Below, piece by piece: positions 40,963 through 49,612 of a DNA stretch of 64,000 nucleotides. The stretch lies in the NCBI GenBank assembly GCA_902541365.1, contig CACBQK010000001.1:165851-229850 (forward strand), given 5' to 3'. The position numbers and the translations under genes were made by a program. Positions within the stretch are counted from its first letter, which is position 1; every line of letters begins with the position of its first letter. The notes beneath the pieces are model-generated. The model made no database searches. It was not told where the DNA came from and saw nothing but the letters and a program-made list of their open reading frames with translations. The DNA is from an uncultured SAR86 cluster bacterium (GTDB lineage Bacteria; Pseudomonadota; Gammaproteobacteria; Magnimaribacterales; D2472).

Positions 40963-41699
40963 AAGCAGTTGTTGTTTGCTATTACATCCACTTTAAATTG
41001 ATCATCACGATAAGGCTTATATGAATAACTTCCACCTGCTGCTTTTATAATACAAAGTCCAGCAGCTATATCCCATAAGTAAATGCCCTTTTCTTGATAT
41101 TGATCAAACTGTCCAGATGCAACGAATGCACAAGACATTGCGGCTGATCCAATCATTCTAACTTTTTTCCACCTTACCAACTCAGTAGAGAGTTCTATCA
41201 TAAAATCTTCATCAAATTTACCTCTTGCAGGAAATCCTGTAGCAAGAGTTGCATTAGATTGGTTATCTATTGATGAGACATTTATCTCAAGCCCATTAAG
41301 CTTAGCACTTGAATTTATAGTTCCTTCATAAAGAGCATTTTGATTAAAATCATTTATAACGCCTAAAACAATTTCATCTTCATAAATTAAGGCAATTGAA
41401 ATGCAGCACATTGGAAAATTCCTTGAATAATTAGAGGTCCCATCTAAAGGGTCAACCACCCAAAAGCTTTTTCCTAAATCTTTATTAGCTCCTGACTCTT
41501 CAGCAAGAATTGGGAATTTAGAATTGGCTGTTAGAAACTCTTTTATTATTTTTTCTGATTCTACATCTGCCTTTAGTTTTACATCTCTTCCTTCATTCGA
41601 AAGAATTTTGTTAACATTTTCTCTTTCATTTATAAGTAATTTACTAGCTCCGATAGAAGCTTTTTTTGCATTTTCTAACTCTTTTTCAATATCAATCAT
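40959..41699 (-). CDS. inositol-monophosphatase-fold sugar phosphatase
   Basis: I place the start at ATG 41699 (MIDIEKELENAKKA), overlapping the upstream TGA by 8 nt. Metal motifs ILAEESG, WVVDPLDGTSNY and WDIAAG. Confidence 0.75.
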   Translation of the reverse strand: MIDIEKELENAKKASIGASKLLINERENVNKILSNEGRDVKLKADVESEKIIKEFLTANSKFPILAEESGANKDLGKSFWVVDPLDGTSNYSRNFPMCCISIALIYEDEIVLGVINDFNQNALYEGTINSSAKLNGLEINVSSIDNQSNATLATGFPARGKFDEDFMIELSTELVRWKKVRMIGSAAMSCAFVASGQFDQYQEKGIYLWDIAAGLCIIKAAGGSYSYKPYRDDQFKVDVIANNNCL

Positions 41700-42282
41700 C
41701 TTTAAAGTAAGCTCTAAAAAAAGATCCAACCAAGCCACAAATAACCATATGCAAATCTTCCGCTGGACCATATTCACCGACTTTAGTAGGAACATGAATA
41801 TTGAGATTAACTAATTTAGACAGTTTTCCTCCATCAAAAGCAGATAGTCCAACTGTTTGGATATTATTACTATTAGCCCAATCTACTGCCTTGATAATAT
41901 TAGGTGAATTTCCGGATGCTGAAATCGATACGAGAACATCGCCACTTTTTGCTTGTGTTTGTAGTTGTTGTAAAAAAATATTTTCATAACCGTCATCATT
42001 TCCAATTGCAGTTATGACTGCTTGATTGTCACATAAACTTATAGCTCTAAAAGGTTTTTCAAATTGCCTACTTCCTAATGAAATATCATTTACAAAATGA
42101 CTTGCAGTTGATGCACTTCCTCCATTACCAATAAAATAAATTGTCTTATCATTCTCTCGAGTTTGTAAAATTAACTCAATAAATTTACTGATATTCTCAA
42201 TTGAGAGCTCATCTATAAGGATTTTTAAATAAGAAAAGTAATTCTCTGAAAACTTTCTTGAAGATGAGGCATCATTAATCAT
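41692..42282 (-). CDS. SIS-domain sugar-phosphate isomerase (GmhA-like)
   Basis: 196 aa. IYFIGNGGSASTASHFVNDI and VSISASGNSPN match the phosphoheptose-isomerase-type SIS domain. Confidence 0.75.
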   Translation of the reverse strand: MINDASSSRKFSENYFSYLKILIDELSIENISKFIELILQTRENDKTIYFIGNGGSASTASHFVNDISLGSRQFEKPFRAISLCDNQAVITAIGNDDGYENIFLQQLQTQAKSGDVLVSISASGNSPNIIKAVDWANSNNIQTVGLSAFDGGKLSKLVNLNIHVPTKVGEYGPAEDLHMVICGLVGSFFRAYFKDD

Positions 42283-43300
42283 TTTTATAATACTTTTCTT
42301 TCCATTCTGGATCAGATTTATAAATCTTTTCTATTAAATCCATAATTTCAATAGCTTGCTTAATAGAACCATTAACTATGTTATCAAAGTTTCTAATTGC
42401 ATCGGTAAAACTTGCTACTTCTAAATCCCATGATACATCTTCATCAAACTTAAAGACCTCTTCATTAGGATCTCCCTTATCATTATCTGGATCAGATGAA
42501 ATAATCTTTAAAGTTTCATTTCCATAGCTTTTTGAGCTTGTGAGAAGACCTCCTAAAACAAGAGATCCTCTTTCTAGAGTAATTTCAAGCTTAAAAGTAT
42601 GTCTCCATTGAGTTGCTGAGGAGTGTAATTGAGCTACAACACCATTATTGTTTTCCATCAAAACAAAGGCATTATCCTCAACATCATAGTTCCAATATGA
42701 GTTTTTTATAATTGAAAAGATTTTATTAAATCTACCCGCAAAATAATTCATAAGATCTAACATGTGAATACCTTGATCCAATAGAATCCCACCACCAGAT
42801 TTCTCTCGTTCTGTTCTCCAATCAGTTTGATTAAAGCTTATCATCTTAGATTTTCCATAAATCCCTTTCATATTTATTATCTTCCCGAGCTCATAACGAT
42901 CTATTATTTGTTTTGCTTTTATTATTGAGGAGTGAAATCTATGATTAAACCCATACATAAGTTTTAGATTTGAGTCTTTCATAAAGTTCTCAATTGGCTT
43001 TAGCTCCCTGAGACTTTTTGCAGGAGGTTTTTCACAAAAAACATGCATTCCTCTTTTTAAACCCATTAAGGTAGCTTCAGCAGCAAAATTGTTTGGTAGA
43101 CTTATAAAGAGTACATCTATTGTCTTATCATCAATAAGATCCTTGAAATCAGAGTAGCATTTTAATCCTTCAAATTTGCTCTCTTCACCAAAGCTTATGT
43201 CAGAGAGAGCAGTAACTTTGAAGCCGGGTATTTTCTTAATTGCAGAGTGTCTTCTTTTGCCAACTACTCCATATCCAACGATACCAACTTTATATATCAT
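42275..43300 (-). CDS. Gfo/Idh/MocA-family NAD(P) sugar oxidoreductase
   Basis: 341 aa. Rossmann N-terminus KVGIVGYGVVGKR and the EKP motif (HVFCEKPPA). Confidence 0.75.
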   Translation of the reverse strand: MIYKVGIVGYGVVGKRRHSAIKKIPGFKVTALSDISFGEESKFEGLKCYSDFKDLIDDKTIDVLFISLPNNFAAEATLMGLKRGMHVFCEKPPAKSLRELKPIENFMKDSNLKLMYGFNHRFHSSIIKAKQIIDRYELGKIINMKGIYGKSKMISFNQTDWRTEREKSGGGILLDQGIHMLDLMNYFAGRFNKIFSIIKNSYWNYDVEDNAFVLMENNNGVVAQLHSSATQWRHTFKLEITLERGSLVLGGLLTSSKSYGNETLKIISSDPDNDKGDPNEEVFKFDEDVSWDLEVASFTDAIRNFDNIVNGSIKQAIEIMDLIEKIYKSDPEWKEKYYKND

Positions 43301-44445
43301 TAAGAGTTCTGATAAGTAACTCTGTAAATAACATTTGCCCCATCATCAGATATAAGAATTGACCCATCACTTTTTTGAAAAACAGATGCAGGTCTTCCTA
43401 AAACTTTTTCCTGGCCATTACTTTTTTGTAACCAGCCTGTTATAAAATCTTTGTGATATAGCAACTCTCCATTTTCATCAAAATGAACAGCTATTACCTT
43501 ATAGCCAACTTTCCTTGATCGGTTCCATGATCCATGAAGTGTCATAAATAAAGTATTCTTATATCTTGCTGGAAAATGATCTCCATCATAAAAAGATAAT
43601 CCTGTAGGAGCTACATGAGCACCAAGCTCAAGAATAGGATCAATAAATTCCTCAACATTGTCTGGTATTTTTTTTGAATAATCTGGATCTAGCACATCCA
43701 TTGAATGTTTATATGGATACCCATAAAAAGAATCATCGTTTATTACAACATTTAACTCACATGATGGCATATCATCGCCCATCCAATCTCGACCGTTATC
43801 ACCAAAATAGAGATTATTGGTTTGAGGGTGCCAATCAAACCCAACTGTATTCCTGACGCCTCTGGCTACATATTCCCATTCACCATCATTCAATCTCATA
43901 ATCGAGGCATATCTCTTATCAAAGTTATACTTTTCTTCAAGTGAAGGGTTACAAATATTACATGGTGCACCAACGGGAACATAGAGTTTATTATCTGGAC
44001 CAAAATCAATCCATTTCCAACCATGCCATGTATCAGAAGGTAAATTATTAGTAACCAAAACTTTTTCTGGCATTTGTTCTGAACTTAAAAGAGCTTCATC
44101 AATATTTGGGATTTTCCAAATAGAGCTCACCTCTGAAAAATAAAGATCACCATCGTGGTAGGTAACACCAGTTGAATTAGATAGTCCTTTGGCTATAACT
44201 CTAATATCTTTGTTGCTATCAATTACACTTATAGTGCCCGCATTCCTTGATCCAACAAATATATTGCCAGACTCACTCTCAGCAATTTGTCTTGGAGTAT
44301 CTATATTGTCCACAAATATTTCTATTGAAAAGCCTTTTTCAATCTTGAGATTCTTGATGAGTTTTGAAGAATCAGAAGAAACATTTGAAGAAAAAGATAT
44401 AATTATCAATAGGGATAAAAAAAACATACAATTTAACTTTTTCAT
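43300..44445 (-). CDS. secreted PQQ-dependent (sorbosone/soluble glucose dehydrogenase-like) beta-propeller sugar dehydrogenase
   Basis: I place the start at ATG 44445 (MKKLNCMFFLSLLIIISFSSNVSS, a signal peptide). The track ORF runs to 44628, inside the divergent gene. GAPCNIC, RGVRNTVGFDWHP and NGRDWMGDD resemble the GSDH/sorbosone dehydrogenase family. Confidence 0.65.
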   Translation of the reverse strand: MKKLNCMFFLSLLIIISFSSNVSSDSSKLIKNLKIEKGFSIEIFVDNIDTPRQIAESESGNIFVGSRNAGTISVIDSNKDIRVIAKGLSNSTGVTYHDGDLYFSEVSSIWKIPNIDEALLSSEQMPEKVLVTNNLPSDTWHGWKWIDFGPDNKLYVPVGAPCNICNPSLEEKYNFDKRYASIMRLNDGEWEYVARGVRNTVGFDWHPQTNNLYFGDNGRDWMGDDMPSCELNVVINDDSFYGYPYKHSMDVLDPDYSKKIPDNVEEFIDPILELGAHVAPTGLSFYDGDHFPARYKNTLFMTLHGSWNRSRKVGYKVIAVHFDENGELLYHKDFITGWLQKSNGQEKVLGRPASVFQKSDGSILISDDGANVIYRVTYQNS

Positions 44446-45715
44446 GATTAAGATTATACCAGTAGCCCTTTTCTTTTTGAGCTTTTTTGCATCCTTAGTT
44501 TCTAATGCATGGCTTAGGATCTTTGCAAGGAAAAATAATTTTCTTATAGACAGACCTGATAAATACAGAAAGTTCCATAAAGATCCGACGCCACTGACTG
44601 GAGGAATTGGCATTACTTTTGGTATCATTTTCAGTGGAATATTTCTTTTCTTTTTAACTGATACAAGTTATACCTCAGAGGTTTCTGTAAATAACTTTTT
44701 AGGACAAGATCAAAATGAATCCCATTTAATTCAAATTAATGAAGAAAAGGGAATAGTGATTGAAAGAGTTAATGATGATAGTTTCTCAATCACTCTTCCA
44801 GATGGTAATAAAAGCATCTATAAAATTTCTGATAGCGGTGAATCTATACTGTTATCAACAAGCAATAGCTCAAAAGATTTAATAATTTCTAATTTTAGCT
44901 TTGGACTTGCATTATTCACGATCCTACTCCAGTTTTTGATGACATTTGATGATCTTCGTGGCTTAAAAGCACTAACAAGACTTTTAATACAAGCTGGCTG
45001 TACTACTGGTTTAATATTTTTTAGTGGTGTTTATCTAGAAAGCTTAGGTAATTTATTTGGTTTTGGAGAAATATATCTTGGGCTTTGGGGCATACCATTT
45101 ACTGTTTTTTGCATTGTTGGCATGGTCAATGCTTTTAATATGATTGATGGACTAAATGGTCTCTGTGCAAGTTTGTGCTTGGTTTGTTTTATGGCAATTA
45201 TCTATATGATTAATGCCGATACTGTTCCAAGCTTATTTCCATTGATTTTACCTGTAGGAGCTATAACGGGTTTTCTAATGTATAACCTTGGAGTTTTAGG
45301 TAATCAAAGAACAGTTTTTCTGGGCGATAATGGTTCAAACGCATTAGGTTTTATGTGTGCTTGGATTCTTGTTTACTTTAGCTCTGTCGAAAATTCTAAC
45401 TTTGCACCTGTTACTGCATTGTGGTTTGTTGCCATTCCCTTCTTCGATGCAGTTGGTGTTATGGTGTCCAGAGCTATAAAAGGAATAATGCCACTAAGAC
45501 CGGGAAGAGATCATCTTCACCATAAATTATTAGATATGGGGTTATCTTCTAATACTATTTATGTTGTTTTAATTTTAATATCTACCTCATTTGCAGCTAT
45601 TGGATATATCTTCAATTATAGTTTTCCTGAGAGTCAAAGTATTTCGTTTTATACCTTTATAGCTGTCTGGTTATGTTATTATTTTTTAATAAGGTTTATT
45701 CCAAAAAATGTTTAG
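44444..45715 (+). CDS. WecA/MraY-family polyprenyl-phosphate sugar-1-phosphate transferase (GT4 initiating enzyme) with an inserted hydrophilic segment
   Basis: I place the start at ATG 44444 (MIKIIPVALFF...RIFARKNNFLIDRPDKYRKFHKDPTPLTGGIGI), which aligns with the E. coli WecA N-terminus. FDDLRG, NAFNMIDGLNGL and FLGDNGSN are family motifs. The track start at 44189 is antisense to the dehydrogenase gene. Confidence 0.8.
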   Translation: MIKIIPVALFFLSFFASLVSNAWLRIFARKNNFLIDRPDKYRKFHKDPTPLTGGIGITFGIIFSGIFLFFLTDTSYTSEVSVNNFLGQDQNESHLIQINEEKGIVIERVNDDSFSITLPDGNKSIYKISDSGESILLSTSNSSKDLIISNFSFGLALFTILLQFLMTFDDLRGLKALTRLLIQAGCTTGLIFFSGVYLESLGNLFGFGEIYLGLWGIPFTVFCIVGMVNAFNMIDGLNGLCASLCLVCFMAIIYMINADTVPSLFPLILPVGAITGFLMYNLGVLGNQRTVFLGDNGSNALGFMCAWILVYFSSVENSNFAPVTALWFVAIPFFDAVGVMVSRAIKGIMPLRPGRDHLHHKLLDMGLSSNTIYVVLILISTSFAAIGYIFNYSFPESQSISFYTFIAVWLCYYFLIRFIPKNV

Positions 45716-46136
45716 TTTTTTTAAGAAAAAAGAGAAAGGAGAAGAAAAAGCTCCTAAGAATCTAAAATTAATTGCACTTTGTTTGGCTTTTGAAGTTGCA
45801 AATGCAGATAATGACATTGATGTTAGAGAAAGAGATCTAATTTTAGAAAAGATTAAAGAATCTATAGACCTAAGTATTCTAACTGAAAAAGAAATTTTTG
45901 AAGTTATTCAAGAAGAAAGTGAGAAAAGAGTCTCATTTTACGACATCATTAACGATATCAATCAAAACTTGGATAAAAAAGAGAAGATTGATGTTTTAAA
46001 GATGCTTTGGGAAATAGCCTATGCTGACAAAGTATTGGATGTTGATGAAGAGAGAATAATAAGAAGATCTGCAGAAATGCTAGGTATTAAACCATCAATA
46101 GTACTTCAAACAAAAGAAGAATTTAAAAATCAATAG
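45708..46136 (+). CDS. TerB-like (tellurite-resistance TerB / DjlA-N type) domain protein
   Basis: 142 aa. Two amphipathic repeats with acidic motifs (ANADNDIDVRERDLI ... AYADKVLDVDEERIIRRSAEMLGI), as in the TerB family. 8-nt overlap with the WecA-like gene. Confidence 0.55.
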   Translation: MFSFFKKKEKGEEKAPKNLKLIALCLAFEVANADNDIDVRERDLILEKIKESIDLSILTEKEIFEVIQEESEKRVSFYDIINDINQNLDKKEKIDVLKMLWEIAYADKVLDVDEERIIRRSAEMLGIKPSIVLQTKEEFKNQ

Positions 46137-48000
46137 TAGCTGAATTTTTTTTTGATATTCTTAGTGCCTCATCTCTGGAGCACTTGAAATTTATATCTTT
46201 TACAAACTCTTCAAAAGAATCGTCGCCAATATAGTTTGTAGTTTCGTATAAAAGTATGCATTTTTCTTCATTATCAATTATTGGAGAGGATAATATTTCA
46301 TTCACTAATTCTTGCATGCTTAAATCAAGATAATCTATTCTAAGATCTTTTTTTTCATCAATATGAAGAATACTTTTATCAGTTTTAGGATTATATTTAT
46401 TCCAAATAATATCATTTGAGGATTTGCCAGGCACGCCATTTTTAGCAAACTCAGTCCAAAAATTCATCATATTCTTTGAAACAAAACGCCTAGAAGGAGA
46501 TCGAGGATATATAATCCAAGCAAATTCTTCTGCAAGGCTGAAATCTCCACTTATCATTGGTATTTCTAATGCATGAGCAGATCCAATAATCTTTCCAAAA
46601 TCTCCAATAAAAAAATCTCTTAAATTATCCCAATCATATCTATAGGCATATAAATCTTCATTGCCTGCATCAAACATATTCTCAAGCGGCTCTTGAACTC
46701 CTCTAAGTTGCCATCCTTTTGATCTAATTTCATTATAGAATTGATATTTATCTTCATCTTTAATTTCAACTTTGGGTATACCAATACCCCTAGAAAGAAA
46801 AGATTGATTAGTTTCTATGAAATATTTTGAAAATCCAAGCCACAGCTTTATTTCATCTTTGTTTGATCCAGCAATTGTTGGAACCTTATTTAAATATTCT
46901 TTTGAGCGAAGGGATTCTTTAAGGCCAATTTCAGGAATTACTAAACCATCATTAGTAAGCAAAGGAGTCTCAAAAGTATCGCCATAAAGATTTACCAGCT
47001 CTTGAGCATTTGTCTCATAAAGAATTTTTCTAATATCCTCTTTATTAGAATCTAATTGAAATTTATTTGCCTCATCTAGATCGTCAGCTAACTTTTTATT
47101 AACAATTATTTTATTTAACACAGTCCAACTATCAGATACGCCCTCCTCATTAAAGTTTTCGGACTTGTAGGCATCTTGTAATGATGAAGATTTTGTATAG
47201 CCTGATTGCGAAATTGCTTTATGGAATAAACCTTTCGCTTGTTTAGCAACTAAAAGCGATAATACATTATGTCCACCAGCAGACTCACCAAAAATAGTAA
47301 TATTATTAGGATCACCTCCAAAAGAAGCTATATTCTCATTGACCCATCTAAGTGCTAGCACTATATCTAGGATCCCAAAATTGGAGGTCTTATCTATGCC
47401 TGAATGAAAGTCTTGAATTGCTGGATGAGTAAAAAAGCCAAGTGGTCCCAAACGATAATTTGGTGAAACAACGATAACATCTTTCCTTTTTACCAGTTCT
47501 GAGAAATTATAAAAATCTTTATGTCCTGAAGTATTACCTCCTCCATGTATCCAAAACATAACTGGCAAATTATCTCTACCTCCATGAGGTGCTCTTATAT
47601 CAAGATATAAGCAGTCCTCCGTTCCAGCTTGATTTATTTCTTGAATTTGGCCACCAACTTCTTGATGACAAAAATTATTTTCTTTCGGATTAATATGAAA
47701 ATCTTTAGCAACAAAAGCTACTGGTGCCTTCCATCTTAAATTTCCTAAAGGAGGAAGTGCAAATGGAATATCCTCCCAATACAGAATTCCTTCTGTTCTT
47801 TGAGAAAGAACCTTCCCAGATGAAGTCTGAACAAAATCTCCCTTGAAGGTTTTAGCTCCAATGTAGTTAAAACTATCACCTTTATCTTGGTAATAATCAT
47901 AAGTTGACGGATTAGTAATTTCTTCAGGGACACCTACAACAGTTCCACAAAATATAACTATAAAAAGTTTAAAAGATTTTATATTTCTCAATAAGCTCAT
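46123..48000 (-). CDS. type-B carboxylesterase/lipase, secreted
   Basis: 625 aa with a signal peptide. EDCLYLDI, WIHGGG, and the nucleophile elbow FGESAGG. Confidence 0.8.
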   Translation of the reverse strand: MSLLRNIKSFKLFIVIFCGTVVGVPEEITNPSTYDYYQDKGDSFNYIGAKTFKGDFVQTSSGKVLSQRTEGILYWEDIPFALPPLGNLRWKAPVAFVAKDFHINPKENNFCHQEVGGQIQEINQAGTEDCLYLDIRAPHGGRDNLPVMFWIHGGGNTSGHKDFYNFSELVKRKDVIVVSPNYRLGPLGFFTHPAIQDFHSGIDKTSNFGILDIVLALRWVNENIASFGGDPNNITIFGESAGGHNVLSLLVAKQAKGLFHKAISQSGYTKSSSLQDAYKSENFNEEGVSDSWTVLNKIIVNKKLADDLDEANKFQLDSNKEDIRKILYETNAQELVNLYGDTFETPLLTNDGLVIPEIGLKESLRSKEYLNKVPTIAGSNKDEIKLWLGFSKYFIETNQSFLSRGIGIPKVEIKDEDKYQFYNEIRSKGWQLRGVQEPLENMFDAGNEDLYAYRYDWDNLRDFFIGDFGKIIGSAHALEIPMISGDFSLAEEFAWIIYPRSPSRRFVSKNMMNFWTEFAKNGVPGKSSNDIIWNKYNPKTDKSILHIDEKKDLRIDYLDLSMQELVNEILSSPIIDNEEKCILLYETTNYIGDDSFEEFVKDINFKCSRDEALRISKKNSATIDF

Positions 48001-49462
48001 ATCGTTCTAAAAAAGGATTTCTTAAAGCTCTTACTTTGTTGCCAATAAGTGCTAATTCGAACGAATCATTATAATTGTTCCACGAGAAATCTCCAAAACT
48101 TGGATCACCAGTTTTAGAAAAGTTTGTCCATGGTAATTGGAAATTATCAGAAATTTCTTGAGATTCTTTTGGACCCCAGGTTGAATAAGGTTTTTTTGAG
48201 TGCACGCCAAATACATATGGAAGTTCTGAAGCATGAAAACATCCTAATTTTCCTCTAATGATTTCGCTTTGTGTCGAAAATAAATATCCAAAGGAATTTC
48301 CTGCCTTTTTTTGAAGAATGTTGTGTGTTGGTATACCAAAACAGATATCAGTGAGTATTGCTGAATATATATCACCTAACTCACTAATTTTAAGATATTC
48401 ACTGTAGGCAGATATTAGTTCTGGTAATTTACTGGATTCAAACATTTTTGATAACCTTCTAGTTATATATCCTTCATCATTTTTACCTATTCTTGGATGG
48501 AAAGCACTCCAAAGCTTGTATTCATCTAAAGTTGTACCAGCAATTAAATGAGTACTTGAAGATGAATATGTTTCTAAGTAATCATCCATAATAAATTTAT
48601 TATCTATAACTGGTAGAAAGCCAACTTCAGGGAAAATCCATCTCTTTCCATCGCTTAATGCTGAGTGTTTTAATTTCTTAGCTGTTTTAGTTATCAACTC
48701 CCAGTGACATGATCTTAAATCAGAAATTTTATGACCATCATTTTCAAATTGTCCAATGAATAGTTCAGCCCATAAATTTGCTTTTTCTTTTGTAGCTATC
48801 GCATCAAGACCTCCGCTCTGACAAATTGCTTTTTGGAATAGATTATTATCTCCTGCTGCAATTTGAAGATTGCAACTCCAAGAACCTGCAGACTCACCAA
48901 AAATAGTAATATTGTTTGGATCTCCTCCAAAAGAAGAAATATTATCTTTTACCCATCGCAGTGCATTCCTTTGATCTATCAATCCCTCGTTTCCAGATGA
49001 ATCGATTTGTCCCTCTGTAACTTCATCAAGTCTCATAAAGCCAAGAGGGCCTAATCTATAATTTATAGATACGACAACTATTCCTCTTTTTGCTAAATGC
49101 TTTAAGTCATACATGATACTGCTTGAGCCGCCAGTTACTAGAGCACCACCATGTATCCAGATCATTACTGGTTTTTTAGCTTCAATATCATTTGTGCAAA
49201 TATTTAAAGTTAAACAATCTTCGGATTGTTTTGATAAAGAATTATCCTGAAAAAAACTCATACCCGATTGACTTTGATCAACAGATCTTGTCTGAGGTGC
49301 TGAATATCCCTTTTCTGTAACCTTGAGATTTAACTCTTTCTCAATAAGAAAAGATGCACCCCACCTTTGCTCATACTCTGCATATGGTATACCAAAAAAA
49401 TGGTGGCAGTTGTCTTGAAGCACTCCTTCAAATTGACCAGCCTTACATTGAATCAAACTCAT
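47969..49462 (-). CDS. type-B carboxylesterase/lipase, no signal peptide
   Basis: I place the start at ATG 49462 (MSLIQCKAGQFEG). The track start at 49561 would run through the tRNA gene. EDCLTLNI, WIHGGA, FGESAGS. The stop overlaps the start of the downstream paralogue by 32 nt. Confidence 0.8.
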   Translation of the reverse strand: MSLIQCKAGQFEGVLQDNCHHFFGIPYAEYEQRWGASFLIEKELNLKVTEKGYSAPQTRSVDQSQSGMSFFQDNSLSKQSEDCLTLNICTNDIEAKKPVMIWIHGGALVTGGSSSIMYDLKHLAKRGIVVVSINYRLGPLGFMRLDEVTEGQIDSSGNEGLIDQRNALRWVKDNISSFGGDPNNITIFGESAGSWSCNLQIAAGDNNLFQKAICQSGGLDAIATKEKANLWAELFIGQFENDGHKISDLRSCHWELITKTAKKLKHSALSDGKRWIFPEVGFLPVIDNKFIMDDYLETYSSSSTHLIAGTTLDEYKLWSAFHPRIGKNDEGYITRRLSKMFESSKLPELISAYSEYLKISELGDIYSAILTDICFGIPTHNILQKKAGNSFGYLFSTQSEIIRGKLGCFHASELPYVFGVHSKKPYSTWGPKESQEISDNFQLPWTNFSKTGDPSFGDFSWNNYNDSFELALIGNKVRALRNPFLERYELIEKYKIF

Positions 49463-49530
49463 TATTTTCCTTAAGTTTAATATTATATAACAATAGATAA
49501 ATACTAAAGTTGTGAAATATAATGTGACTT

Positions 49531-49607
49531 CGGGATGTAGCGCAGCCTGGTAGCGCACCACACTGGGGGTGTGGTGGTCGTCGGTTCAAATCCGGCCATC
49601 CCGACCA
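49531..49607 (+). tRNA. tRNA-Pro (anticodon GGG), CCA encoded
   Basis: Hand-folded cloverleaf, 77 nt. Acceptor CGGGATG/CATCCCG, D stem GCGC/GCGC, anticodon stem CCACA/TGTGG with loop CTGGGGG, T arm GTCGG-TTCAAAT-CCGGC, and A-CCA tail. Confidence 0.9.
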
Positions 49608-49612
49608 AAATA

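Noticed and set aside
44189-44443. 85-codon N-terminal extension of the WecA-like ORF, and the matching 61-codon extension of the dehydrogenase ORF (44446-44628)
   Set aside because: Each extension is antisense to the other gene's well-supported coding region. Homology to WecA, and the signal peptide of the dehydrogenase, begin at the internal Met codons 44444 and 44445.
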